A DNA stretch of 64,000 nucleotides from Octopus sinensis (taxonomy: Eukaryota). The position numbers were made by a program, and so were the translations under genes. This document shows positions 41,055 to 54,517 of the stretch, in pieces. Positions within the stretch are counted from its first letter, which is position 1. Each line of letters begins with the position of its first letter. The DNA lies in the NCBI RefSeq assembly GCF_006345805.1, contig NC_043013.1, positions 42,284,001 to 42,348,000 of the forward strand, read 5' to 3'. The notes under the pieces were generated by a model that did not search any database, was not told the origin of the DNA, and saw nothing but the letters and a program-made list of their open reading frames with translations.

Positions 41055-41212
41055 TAAAACAATGCGAACGCATTGTGACCAGCGATGTGTAACAACATCT
41101 GATGGTCTGGTCGGTCCCGTGATATATATATATATATATATATATCACGGGACCGACCAGACCATCAGATGTTGTTACACATCGCTGGTCACAATGCGTT
41201 CGCATTGTTTTA
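41055..41212. repeat. Perfect 158-bp palindrome centred on (AT)n
   Basis: Left arm 41055-41121 is the exact reverse complement of 41146-41212. Confidence 0.95.
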
Positions 41213-41448
41213 GCCTTCAAATGACGCCACCCCACTGGCTAAGCGAGCAGGCCAACAGAAGAAAGAGTGGGAGAAAGAGTGGTGAAAGAGTACAGCAGAG
41301 ATCACCACCCCTGCCGGAGCCTCCTGGAGCTTTTAGGTGTTTTCGCTCAATAAACACTCACAACGCCCGGTCTGGGAATCGAAACCGCGATCCTGCGACC
41401 GCGAGTCCGCTGCCCTAACCACTAGGCCATTGCGCCTCCACACACACA

Positions 41449-42360
41449 CAGCCGAAATTGCTAAGATGATCTGGTTCTTGACTGATGACTGAGGGCTTCG
41501 AATGTCCCGTCCTGTGGTTCTTGTGTCGTCTCTGTGGTGTTTCATGTTCTTGTCCATGTCTGTATTTAATTTACTGTTTACCTATATAATCGGCGGCTAC
41601 GTATCCACAATTGTCCTTATACGATAAGTATATTTTTTTTCAAGCTTTGATACGACTCTTAATCTGTCTCTTTTTCTCTCTCTCTCCCTCCTCCCTTATT
41701 CCACTTCCGTTCTTTCCCTCTCCATCCGTCCCCCCCCCTTTCTACGTTCTCTATCTCTCTCACCTCCAGCCCCCTCGATCTGTCTCTTTCTTCTCCTCCC
41801 TCGTCCACCTTCTCTCCCTTTTCATCTGTCCCTTTCTCCTGTCTTTTGTTCTCACGTGACAGCTAGCCGCTGTTGAGCGCTCTTTCGTTTTCAGCAGCCT
41901 CAGAAGCAACACGTTTTTTGTTCGTCTCCCCGTGGCCTTTAGGCACAACTTCACAAGCCAGCCCCTACTCAAATCGTCCTGTCGAAAGACCCTTGTCCTA
42001 CGTCCTGGTTTTGTTTTGTTGTTTATTTTTATTTTTACCGTTATTGTTTTTACGTTTTTGTATTCTTATTGGTGTCACGTATTCTGTATTTTTGTTTGTG
42101 TACTTCGATCGTTTTCCGTCCTTCGTTGTATACATTCGAGCTTTCTTCCAGGGATCTAATGCGCTTGGCTTAGATTTCCCTTGGCGGGCTGGCCATATCG
42201 GAGCAATCTCAAGATTAATCAGCCGAAATTGCTAAGATGATCTGGTTCTTGACTGATGACTGAGGGCTTCGAATGTCCCCGTCTGTGGTTCTTGTGTCGT
42301 CTCTGTGGTGTTTCATGTTCTTGTCCATGTCTGTATTTAATTTTACTGTTTACCTATATA
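41449..42360 (+). mobile_element. Non-coding element with ~140-bp direct terminal repeats (PLE pLTR-like)
   Basis: cagccgaaattgctaagatg...tttacctatata occurs at 41449-41588 and 42220-42360, nearly identical. A diverged relative lies on the minus strand at ~165-360. Confidence 0.65.
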
Positions 42361-42474
42361 TATAATATATTATATAGATATATATTTTAATCCAAACGGG
42401 AAACAAAAAAACAACAACAATGGAACAATTACAGTATTATTATTAATAGGCGCTCAGGAAATGGAAGCAGGGAG

Positions 42475-42509
42475 GTATGACGTTTCGAGCGGAGCTCTTC
42501 GTCGGAAAC
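42475..42509 (-). ncRNA. Minimal hammerhead-like motif (C4 variant)
   Basis: Minus strand: gttt-CCGACGA-a-GAGC TCC GCTC-GAAAC-GTC-atac. Stem I has one mismatch. Confidence 0.5.
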
Positions 42510-42679
42510 ATAAAGAAGGAAGAGAGAGGAAAGAAAGATCCCAGAGCGGGCAACAGGGAAAGAGAAAAAAAGGACGACTGGTGTTTACGAGTTGCACATG
42601 TGAAAAGGCGGGATGTTTACGAAAACAGAGCAAAGTGGGTTTTTAAAGGCACAAAGAGTGGAGATAAGGTTGGAACGCA

Positions 42680-45530
42680 ACAGATGTGTGTGTATGTATG
42701 TGTGAGTGTGTGCGTGTGCGTATGTGGTTGTGTGTGAGGCGAGATGAAAAAACACAAAAATATATATGTGTGTGTTAGTGTGTGCGTCTTGTGTAGGCGT
42801 GTGAGGTAGGGCGAGAGACTGTGGTCAGCTTAGCAGACAAGGTCGGTAGTAAGAAAAAGAAGGAAGGAGGAAGGGAGGGAGGGGAAGGGGTGGGGGGCGT
42901 ATGTAGCGTGCCAGAGTGTGTTGAGTAGTAGTGTGTGTGTGTGTCCAGTGTCGTGGGGGTATTAATGGCGCGTAGATTGAATGTGTTGTAAGAGTAATGT
43001 ATATTTAAGCAATGTGTATATGTGTGCGCGTGTGTGTAACGAAAAAGGGGGGGGGGTTAAGGAAAAAGGACTCCAGTGAGGGGAAGATGGAAGAAGTGGT
43101 CCCCGGCGGAGACGGGCGTGGGAAAACCCAACGACACGCGACGAGGTCCCAGGAACGGGCGGGGAGGTCTCGTCGGGTCCAAGAGCGAGGTGCCTGCGGC
43201 GCGTTATGCGTGCGCGAACCGGCGCAAGCGCGTGCGTGGCGCGCGCCTGCGAGTATGTGCGTAAGTATGTATGTGTGTGGATGTGTGAGTGTGTCTGTGT
43301 GTATGTCCGGGTGGCAGTATGTCCGGTGGCAGGTGTCCGATGAATGTATGTGAGTATGTGTGTATGTATGTGTGTGCATAGATGTATGTCCGTTGTGGTT
43401 GTGTATGTGTGTGAGTGGTGTATGTATGTACGTGTGGGTGTGGGGAAGTGTGTGTATGTGCATGTGTGTGAGTGAGTGGGTGTGTGTGATGTATGTGTGA
43501 GTGTGTATGTATGGGTGTGTAGGATGCATGTATGTGTATGGGTGTATGTATGCGTGTGTGTATGTATGTATGGTGCGTACGTGCGGTTGTGTGTGTTGCG
43601 TGGTAGGTGTGTGCGGTGTGCATGCATGCATGTGCGATGTGTGTGGTGTGCATGTGTGTGGGTTATATATGTATGTGCCGTATATGTGTGTGTAGTGCGT
43701 AATGTGTGTGTGTATGCATTGTGTGTGTATGTAGGTGTGTAGGCGTGTGTGTATAGGTGTAATGTATGTAAGTATGTATGGGGTGTCCGTGTATGTGTGT
43801 GAGGTATGTGTGTGTATGTAGGTGTGTGGGCGTGTGTATTGTGTGTTTGTAGGTGTGTGGGTGTGTGGGCGTGTGTATATAGGTGTATGTGTGTATGTCT
43901 GGGTGTGTCCGTGCATGTTTTGTGTGTGGTGTGTGTATGCATGTGTATGTAGGTGGTGTGTACGTGTGCTTGTAATGTATGTGGTGTATGCGTGCGTGTG
44001 GTATGTAGGTGCGTTGGTATGTGTGTGGGAGTGTAGGTGTGTGTGTGCGTGTGCGTGTGCGTGTTTATGTTGGTTGTGTGGTGTTATGTTGGTTGTGTGG
44101 CGTATGTGAGTGGGAGTGTATGGGTGTTTGTCATGCAGGTGTGTGCGCGTGCAGGTGAGGTGTGGTGTGTAAGTATGTGTGTGTGTATGTTTGTGTGAGT
44201 TGGTGTGTATGTCTGTTGTGTATGTATGTGCGTATAGGAGTATGTGGGTATGGTGTGTGTATGTATATGGGTGTATGTATGTATGTGTGTGTGTGTGCAT
44301 GTGTATAAGTATATGTGTGTGTGCGTATGTGTGTATAGTGTATGTGTGTGTGTTTATGTATGTGTGTATGTATGTGTGTAGGCGTCGTGTGTGTGTTAGA
44401 TGGATGTATGATGGGTGTGTGTCCGTGGTGTTTGTGTGTGTTGTGTGTAGGTAGATGTGTGTGTCTGAGTGAGGGTATGGCTGTGTAAGTGTTTGTGTGT
44501 GTATGAATTAAGTGTGTGTGTATACCAGTGTTAATGTATGTATGTAGGTGTGTGTGTGTGTGTATGTGTACGTGTGTGTGTGTATGCGTGGTGAGTGTGA
44601 GTGTATGGGGTATGTCTGTGTGTGTGTATGTCTGAGTAGGTATGTAGGGTATGTAGTTGTGTGTGCTGTGTGCAGGTGTTGTGGTGTATGTGTGGTGTGT
44701 GTGGAGTAGGGTACGTGCATGTTGTGGGTAGGGTTGCGGGATGAATGCGAGTGTGTGGGTATGTATGCCATACATACGCAAGCGCACATCCGAAGCAAGC
44801 CCACACACAGAAGCGCGCGGGCCTCACGCACCAACGCACAAGCAGTACAACGCAAGCCCAAGGGCCGACCAAGCCCCAGCGCGCGCCAAGGCGCGCGAGC
44901 GCAAAGGCCCTCGAAACGCCCCGCTACGCGGGAACCGAGGATCCATCAGCCCAAAACCGGAAAGCAGAAAGAGGGGGGCTGCCTGGATTGCAAAGGTGTA
45001 TGTGTGTGTGCATTCAGTGTAGGGTGTGCATGTGTAGGTATGTATGTATGTATGTGCCTAATGTATGTTTGCATGTGTGTGGTGAAGTATGTACGTGCGG
45101 TGTGTGTGTGTGAGTGTGTGTGTATGTATGTGCGTCTGTATGTGTGTGTGTATGTGTGTATGTATGTCGTGTGTGTGTGTATGTATGTCTGTGTGTGTGT
45201 GTGTGTAAGTATGTATGTGTGTGCGTATGTATGTATGTGTGTGTGGGTATGTGCATGTTTGGTTTGTATGTTAGTGTGTGTTAGTATGTCTGTAAGTGTG
45301 TGTGTGATTAAATGTGTGAATGTATGTACGTAGATGGGTCTACGTATGTGGTGTTGTGTGAACAGGCGTGTGGGTGTGGGAGGTAGGTGGTGTGGGTGGG
45401 TTTGGGAGGTAGGTGGGTTGTGGTTAGGTGGGTGTGTGCGGGTGGGACGGTGGTGGGTGGGTGTTGTGGGTGGTGTGTCCACAAAAAAAAAAAAAAGCCG
45501 ATCTCAAGACACACACACACACACACACAT
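42680..45530. repeat. Irregular (TG/TATG)n low-complexity tract, possibly poorly polished sequence
   Basis: Aperiodic TG-rich sequence with abrupt GC-rich patches at ~43040-43260 and ~44770-44990. Confidence 0.7.
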
Positions 45531-46112
45531 ACATTGGGTCACTGGAGGTCGTTTATTCCTTCCTCCACATAAAAACCCGACTAACCTCTAAATTTCTCTG
45601 ATCTGATTATATCTACATTATTTTGGTAAATCCATTATTTCAACTGAAATAGTAGCAGAATCATTGAAAATGTTTTGCATCATGGATTTAAACTGTTAAA
45701 TCATTTGGAATGTCCTTAATTGTAAAGTTCACATATTCATCTGCAGAAAACGGTTTCTTCATAATGATATAATGTATTTATTAATCAATGAAAAAATTAA
45801 TTAAAAACAGCCGTAATGAATTGACATCTGTCCTTCAATTGTTACCTGTTTATATTTTATTCACCTATCTCGGAACATGCCCTTTGCAAATCCTGATGTA
45901 TATTATGGACTGTATAGTTCATAAAATGTACATGTTTGAATAGCTCAAGAGTGGATTATATACTCAGACGGGTCCAATTGTCTGCATCCACTGCAAGAAT
46001 ATCACTTTGCCAGTACTTCTGAACCATGATAGATATTTACATAATATTGTTGTGTGTGTGTATTATTCTGCCCTAACGAAATGCTTCAACTTAAGTACCC
46101 AATTCAGCTGAA

Positions 46113-46154
<42 letters not shown>

Positions 46155-46796
46155 ACGTATAAAGTCATAAATGACAAATAGTTTGATAAAATTTTATTTT
46201 ACAATAAGAAAATTCAAGTATCACAACAAATTGTTCGTAACTTAATATCTAAATCATTTATATCGTTATATTTAATAATGAATAAATTACTTACATGTCT
46301 GTATTAATGCAAACTGCAAGCAATCTTTCAAAATAATGCAGACATGTAATTTATTTATTATTAGATATAATAATATAAATTATCTACATGCTTTTAAGTT
46401 ACGAAACAATTTGTTGTGATATTTAAATTGTCTTATTGTTAAATAAAATTTCATCAAACTATTTCACTGTCGTTTATGACCTTATGAACTCCTAATGGTC
46501 TTCTCTTGTGTTGTACTATATATTCTATATGTTTTCTAGAATATGTCAAAGATTATTTTTATGAGTACAGCCTGATTACTTGAATCCATATATTGTGACA
46601 AATTTATACATACATACATACATGGTGGCTGCCCCCACGTTATCGAGTATGGCCATTGCACGAAGCTTAATCAATGTTGTTATCGTACAATGCCTGTGCA
46701 AGAAGATTTTTTTCAAAGTGAGGAAAGGCTGTGCAGAGTCAATCCCACTCGCTAAGCAACAGCAGCCATAATCCGAAAAGAAGAACAAGTCAACAT

Positions 46797-47030
46797 CATC
46801 GGTAACCATTGAGCCGCAGGTTTTATGTCAGAGTTATCCCAGTTACCTGAGTTACCTTCTCCTAGAAGGATGCCCTAACAAAGGCTAGGAGTTTTTCACT
46901 CCCAATGGTCTGGGAATCATCGGTAACCATTGAGCCGCAGGTTTTATGTCAGAGTTATCCCAGTTACCTGAGTTACCTTCTCCTAGAAAGATGCCCTAAC
47001 AAAGGCTAGGAGTTTTTCACTCCCAATGGT
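46797..47030 (+). repeat. 120-bp tandem duplication inside an interspersed repeat (46621-47295)
   Basis: catcggtaaccattgagccgcagg...ctcccaatggt occurs twice, near-identical. The start 46621-46735 recurs at 25343-25457. Confidence 0.85.
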
Positions 47031-49589
47031 TTAACCGCGCGATCGGGTATTCAGTCCGATTATTTCTATGATTATTTCTATGATACAGCCTTAAGACATT
47101 TATGGGATGGCCGTTGACTCTCAAGAGTTCCTCCGCCCTTTGACGGGTTTTGTTTTTCATCCCGCAGGGTGTCCAATAAACACCCTCCTCACCAAGCAAG
47201 CTTGGTGGGGTTGCCGGTTTAGTCGCCGACGATCCGACCATGCAACAGGTTGTACTGGGTTACATGTTACCAATAGCACTCAAAAGTGACCTGACATACA
47301 CACACACACACACACACACACGTTCATGTATGTGTGTATGGGGGGTAATCAATTATTAGGGCCAATTGTCCATCACCTTCTCAGACCATCTGGACGTTTG
47401 GCAAATACTTGCGATGAACTTCTGTGAAAGTTGTATCCAATGGAACAGCGACTTTATTGGGCTTCTCAGCTCCCGAGTCCAACTTTTCAAAATTACAAGC
47501 AGATTAAAAGTGGTATGGGAGAAAACGAGAGAAATATGTAAGAAGATATGTAATAAAAACCAACTGAGGAAGATAGATTGGTGGAGAAAGGGAGAGAGGG
47601 AAAAGAACGAGAACGTGAGAATATATGAAAGAAACAAAGTAGAACGAGAGAAAGAGAGAAAGTGATAGAGGAAGAGAGAGAGAGAGAGAGTATACGGAAA
47701 ATAAATACAGTTGCAAGTGAGAGAAAGTAAAAAGAAAGACACAACGAGGACTGAGAGAGAGGAAACAAAGAGAAAAGGAGAGATTTCATCGGGAGGGTGC
47801 GTGAGAGAGGAATAGGGATATAAAGAACGGTAGAAGCAGACGACAATTTGTGTAATAATGACGCCATGTTTAAAAAATAAAATTATAAATGAATATTTTC
47901 CCAGGCAAAGCCTAAAAGTGTATTGTGACCTTTGGTCGATTCCAATTTATAAAATATGTCATTCACGGAATAAACAGTTTTATGCAAATGTTGCGGAAGA
48001 CGGTGGGGGTGCTGTAGAAAGGGGTGTAAAATAAAAAAAAAAACAGTTGAGAGGACGAATGAACTTGGTGTGATTATCATTCTGAAGATGGTGATGACGG
48101 CAATAATAATGATGATACGAAGGAGGAAGGGGTAAGAAAGATGAGCAGGAACCGTTGATCACCACCATCATCATCATGGTCATTATTATCAGCATCATCA
48201 ATGACTATTCTCCACCGCTTTCAGCGCTACTGTAACCACCAATACCCACGTCATCACCATCAGTATGACCATCATCCCCTTCCCTGCACCATACTACTGT
48301 TGCTATCATTTATCACTGACTCCATTAACATCCGCTCCGCCATCGACATTCCTTTACCACCACCACCACCACCATCTGTCACTATCACTACTAACACTAT
48401 CACCATCGCCACCACCACTACCAACAACAATAACAACACCATCGTGTCAACTACACCAATATTTCTAACAGCTGTATCGCTAACAACATCGAAGGTGCCT
48501 CTACGTGGTTATTAAAGACGTTAGAAATAGCAGCCACATTTCCTCAAACCACACCCTATCATATTAGAACAGGAGACATTGGCTAATGTGCTCTTCTACG
48601 CACTGCATCGTTGATCACATATGCATTTGATCAGGCTTGACCTGGGCTTAAACAAGAACAACTGTGCCACTTACACCATCGCTAAAACAACTATTTCCAA
48701 ACGCTATTATTGATATATAATATCCACCACAACTACAATTACGTTAAACAAAACCAGTGACACGCTGCTACCAATATGCGCATATGCTAAAAGTGAGTTA
48801 TTCTTGCCTAGATAGATTGCTGCTTAAGTCGCACACTGCTGTTAAAGAAAGTGTACGCTCATGCAAGCTTTATTCAGTGTGTCTACCTGCAACTACAACA
48901 ATTAATCTAGTTGTCCACTGAGGGGATTCTGCTTTTTCTTAATCTCACCAGATTGTATGCCGAGAAGCAACAGAGAGCTTACAACCAATGCCTTCAAACG
49001 TGGGTTCAGTCAGCATATGTACATCTTCACCTCCAGGGTCCAGGAAAACTCTACCACTATGTCACGTTTCATCTGGAGGTTCTGTCCAACAAAACCCGAA
49101 CAAAACTTAATGCTTCTTCCTTACTCGTTCGGAGCTTGCAATTTTGTTTCCACTGGAAACTGCATATCTTGCGACAGCCTACTGTATGTTTTAACTCCCT
49201 GAACAAGAAGACTGAACTATCATATTTCTACCACCAATAGAAGTCTCTGTTAGCTAATTTTCAGTCACAATAAAATGTTTGTAAACTATTTCATGGACTT
49301 CACTGAAATTTGAATTACACTGAAATTTCTCATGAAAGCCAGAAAGACTACTATTTATCATATTAGAGTTCCCTCATATCCAGCAGCTAGTGTCAATCGC
49401 TGAAACAACGAGCCTACACGTGATTCAAGATGGCCAATAACTGCGAGTTTCATTTATCAGCCAATGACAATCAGTTTCATTTTTATGACTCAACCTAGTG
49501 AAACTATTAATAGAAATATATATAAACTCTATGACATGTGTTGAGTAGACTTTTCTTTCGTATAAATGATGTATACACGCGCACAAACA

Positions 49590-49631
<42 letters not shown>

Positions 49632-49843
49632 GCGCGGAGCCTGGCTGTTAGGGAATTCGGCTCATGATCATAATGTATTTCAAAAAGCCAGCTTTGTCAC
49701 TCTGTGTCACGCTGAATCTCCGAGAACTACGTTAAGGGTACACGTGTCTGTAGAGTGCTCAGCCACTTGCACGTTAATTTCATGTGCAGGCTGTTCCGTT
49801 GATCGGATCAACTGGAACCCTCGTCGTCGTAAACGCGATGGAG

Positions 49844-49917
<74 letters not shown>

Positions 49918-50392
49918 GTGTGTATGTCTGTGTTTGTCACCCCGCCATCGCTTTACAACTGATGCTGGTATGTTTATGTTCCTGTAAGTTAGCAGTTCAG
50001 CAAAAAAGACCGATATAATAAGTACTAGGCTTACAAAGAATAAGTCCAGGAGTCGATTTCTTCGACTATAACCCTTTAAGGCGGCGCTCCAGCATGGCTG
50101 CAGTCAAATGACAAACAAACAAAAAAAATGTGTGTGCGTATATATATATATATATATATGACTGAAACAAGAATACACACATACCATCCACTTTCTGACC
50201 ACAAGTATAAACACCCTCCCCTTCCACCTCATTTTACATTAGATTATTTGTATGTCTCTTTTTTTATCAACAACTTCCTGATCTCAGCTTTCCTCACTTC
50301 AGCAATGTGTGAACTACTCGCAACACACCACCAACATATAACATGGAACGAAAACAAAATGTAAATCTTATAACTTTGGAAGCATGTAACGT

Positions 50393-50494
50393 CACCTGAT
50401 GAGGCCTCCTGCACTGTGCGTTGCATATCATGTCATTACATCGTCCCATACCCACTAGGGAGCAGTGCAGAAGGAAGCCGAAACGATTGTTGTG
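50393..50494 (+). ncRNA. Type I hammerhead ribozyme with long stem II
   Basis: CAC-CTGATGA(50396)-GGC..tgcactg....cagtgca..GCC-GAAAC(50480)-GATT-GTT-GTG. Confidence 0.7.
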
Positions 50495-51446
50495 CTAAAC
50501 AAAGCTTCTAGTTACACACACACACCACACACACACATGTATATATCTGTCATTATTTTCATTTTGTTGTTATTCATCACTTCCACTCTGTACCATTCTC
50601 CATTTTATTTCCCTTAACTGTAGCCCTTTTTCCCCTACCCTCTCTCTCTCGACAAGTGAAACGATCACTTATTTCCCTAATCTATTTGTCTTTTCTATCC
50701 TTTTAAAACCTCTCTTCCTTTTATTGTTCTCAATTCGCTACGTCTTATACTCAATCTTTAGTTTCGCTTTGCATTTTTCATTTTGTTTTTCAACAGCACA
50801 CGTCTATGCTATCGCAACTCTAATATGTGGTTGGCACCGTTGGAATTAAACAATTTTATTGTAAGTGCCGAAATTATGATTTCCAATAGACAACTGCTGA
50901 AGGAATTACACTTGTGCACGCAGTTTTCCTTCTCTTTTTTTTTCTTGTAATTCTCTTTCCCTGTTGTGGTATACACACGTATACACACACTATACACACA
51001 CACACACACACACACACACCACACACACACACACACACACACTAGCTTAAAAACTGCACTCCGTGCGGGCTTTTGGGCTAGCTGCTGCATAGAGTTAATC
51101 GGACCTGCGGCTCAAAACTAGAGAGAGCAACAATAATAAAGCATTATTTGGTACCCTACTAATATAGTATTACCCTTCCGACATATTATTATTTTATATT
51201 CGGTTTAAATGAAAGACTTTTAAGTTCACAAATTTTGGGAGTTTTCAACTGTTACCACATAACAAATCCTCATCCAGACTTGATCCCAACACTGGATGTT
51301 TGAGAACGAAATGAAGGGCAGATTTTCAATCTTGAGATTGTCTTGATTCCAAAAAGGTATAATGTGTCTATGTAGAGCAAATGGAGACTGAAGTACAGAG
51401 GTTGCGGACGAACGGACAGACAGAATTTCTTGTTTATAATGACAAT

Positions 51447-51658
51447 CCTTTCTACTATAGGGACAAGGCCTGAAATTTGAGGGAGCGGTAAGTCAATTAC
51501 ATCGACCCCGGTGTTCAACTGGTACTTATTTTATCGACCCCGACAAGACGAAAGGTAAAGTCGACCTCGGTGGAATTTGAACTCAGAACATAGCGACGGG
51601 CGAAATACCTCTATGCATTTCGTCCCGCGTGCTAACGATTCTGTCAACTCGCCGCCTT
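51447..51658 (-). mobile_element. Family A SINE monomer
   Basis: Full head (ctcgccgcc at ~51648) and tail ctttctactata. Confidence 0.8.
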
Positions 51659-51769
51659 AAATAATGATTTCATTTATTTGCCACAAGGGCGAAGGAAGAG
51701 GGGCACGATACAGAGACAGACAAAGTGTAGGAGTTTACATATAATAATGAAATGGTAAAAAACAATTAA

Positions 51770-52885
51770 AGTATACACGATATACACTGGAAAAGGGACA
51801 TAGGAACAGCATACAAAGGTAAAAAAAAAGTGGAAAGGGTGCTAGAGATGTGGCCCTCCTGATACAGGAACGCCTCTAGGGATAATCGAGGAACCCTACT
51901 GTCCAAGATTTCCCTGAAACCCTGGGAGCAAGTACTCTCTCCAATTCCTCCTCTCCGACTCACAGGTCTACACTCAGAGAGGTGCCATCCACTCTTGCCA
52001 TTTTTTCATCCACCTTTCGATAAACTCACACAAGGTCAGTAGTTCCCTCTCCATTCTCAGTTTCCTTTTCAAGTGAAACTTGTAAAAGTCAATGAGAGCT
52101 CTACCAAAGAGGAATGTATCTGTCGTCATGTCTTTCAGCCTTGTCCTATTTCTTTACTACCCACAAGGGGCTAAACACAGAGAGGACAAACAAGGACAGA
52201 CAAACGGATTAAGTCAATTACATCGACCCAGTGCGTAACTGGTACTTAATTTATCGACCCCCGAAAGGATGAAAGGCAAAGTCGACCTCGGCGGAATTTG
52301 AACTCAGAACGTAACGGCAGACGAAACACGGCTACGCATTTCACCCAGCGTGCTAACGTTTCTGCCAGCTTCAGCCTTGTCCACCAAACAACTTCTTTCG
52401 CCACAGCCACCAGGTAAAGGAAAACTTCCTTCCGTGTCCGACTGAAGGAGGGCGGCGGTGCTATCATCACTACAGACTCGGCCGACAGACAGATCCGTCC
52501 CACACGTGACAGCAGCTGTTCAACATAACCCCACAGATCAGCAATACCCGGACACTGAACGAGGGCGTGCAGAACGGTTTCGTCACTCTGTGCGCACTTC
52601 GGACAAGTCCGTCTGACAGCACATCCATGCCTCTAGAGTTTATCTCGAACCGGTAGCGACCCCCGGTAGCACCACCAGGCCAAGGACATCTAGAAATTAT
52701 CTATGATAGTTTCCAACCGGAAAGTCTTCCGGAACAGACTAGCCAGTTCGTTCTCGTCGGCGCCCAGATTCTTCCCAAGAACGTCGTCGCACTTCACCGA
52801 CACTAATCCTCAATAAATTTCTAAAGCGGAACATCCACCAATCCCATTGCCCGACTGGTAGAGAGTTGTGAGCGGCTGACGACAT
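51770..52885 (-). mobile_element. Tx1/L1-like LINE ORF2 C-terminal remnant, interrupted by a SINE (52147-52370)
   Basis: Minus strand WCYRGSLPVRDKL*...TCPKCAQSDETVLHALVQCP (CCHC zinc finger) and VAKEVVWWTRLK. The SINE is flanked by TSD tcagccttgtcc. Confidence 0.75.
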
Positions 52886-53097
52886 CCTATGTTACGTCCC
52901 AGTAACATAGCGGTTCGGCAAAAAAGAACCTATAAAATAAGGACCCACACTTTAAAAAGAATAAGTACTAGGATCGTTTTGTTCCACTAAACCCTCCAAG
53001 GTCATGCTCCAGTATGGTCAATCTAATGACAAACAAGTATACGAAGAGAGAGGAGAGGAGAGGACAGACATATACATACATACATACATACATACAT

Positions 53098-53500
53098 ACG
53101 CTGAACTACTGAGAAATCTGCAGTTACTCTATCCAGATTACAAGTTCGTGTTTACATCTGTAATTATTGGGGCCCTGGGATATGTAACACACTGCCTAAA
53201 TACCAATCTCGAGAAATTAGGCTTCTCAAAATCAAAAGGGAGAAAGTTGATTCGAAGATTACAAATCCAAGCCATCACTGGAACTGCAAAAATCTGTAAA
53301 ACTTTCCAGAAATTTATCATTTAAGTATATATGAGCATGTCTAGATATGCAAGTATATGCATGAGAAGACATACAAATCTGCACATATACATACAAAATA
53401 TCCTGTTGATGTTGAAATTCCAATGAAGGGGCCTTGGATCTAGGTTAGAAACCGGCTCTTTATTGACAAAAAAAATTGAAATAAAATGAGTAATGACATA
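53098..53500 (+). mobile_element. R4/Dong-like non-LTR retrotransposon 3' end (restriction-like endonuclease C-terminus plus 3' UTR) in (CATA)n
   Basis: YAELLRNLQLLYPDYKF...VIIGALG.V...L...LEKLG...LQIQAITGTAKICK, stop at 53324. A second 3' UTR copy lies at ~53636-53745. Confidence 0.75.
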
Positions 53501-54028
53501 CGTACATGCATACACACATACACATACTCACGCACATACATACACATACATACTTGCATGGATACATGCATACGCACATATACACACATACTTGCATAAA
53601 TACATACATACCTACCTACCTACCTGCATATATACATACAAAATACCCTGTTGATGTTGAAATTTCAATGAAGGGGCCTTGGATCTAGGTTAGAAATCGA
53701 CTCTTTATTGACAAAAAAATTTTGAAATAAAATGAGTAATGACATACATAAACACATACATACATACATACACATATATACATCTAGGAGCATACATACA
53801 TAGAATTAATAACAATAGGACGTTGTATTCTGCTGCATTCAAAACTGCTAGTTTTATAGACTCCACTACAATATAATACAATGGATCAACGATGATGACG
53901 TCAGCAAACACACTTGTCTACAGATTCTCTGGCGTCACGAAACATGGACAAATGAAAATATTTGTTTGCTTCCGTACATTCATCAATGAGTATTTCTATA
54001 CGAATATGTATGTACGTATGTATTTGTG

Positions 54029-54130
<102 letters not shown>

Positions 54131-54408
54131 AAGCACTCCGTCGGTTACGACGATGAGGGTTCCGGTTGATCCGAATCAACGGAACAGCCGGCTCGTGAAA
54201 TTAACGTGTAAGTGGCTGAGCACTCCACAGACACGTGCACCCTTAACGTAGTTCTCGGGGATATTCAGCATGACACAGAGAGTGACAAGGCCGGCCCCTT
54301 GAAATACAGGTACAACAGAAACAGGAAGTAAGAGTGAGAGAAAGTTGTGGTGAAAGAGTACAGCAGGGATCACCACTATCCCCTGCCGGAGCCTTTAGGT
54401 GTTTTCGC

Positions 54409-54460
<52 letters not shown>

Positions 54461-54517
54461 TCAAATGTGTATATACGCGTATATGTGTGTGCGTATGTAT
54501 GTATGTATGTATGTAAA

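Noticed and set aside
43040-44990. GC-rich islands within the TG tract
   Set aside because: No recognisable coding or RNA motif; the aperiodic context suggests low-accuracy sequence.
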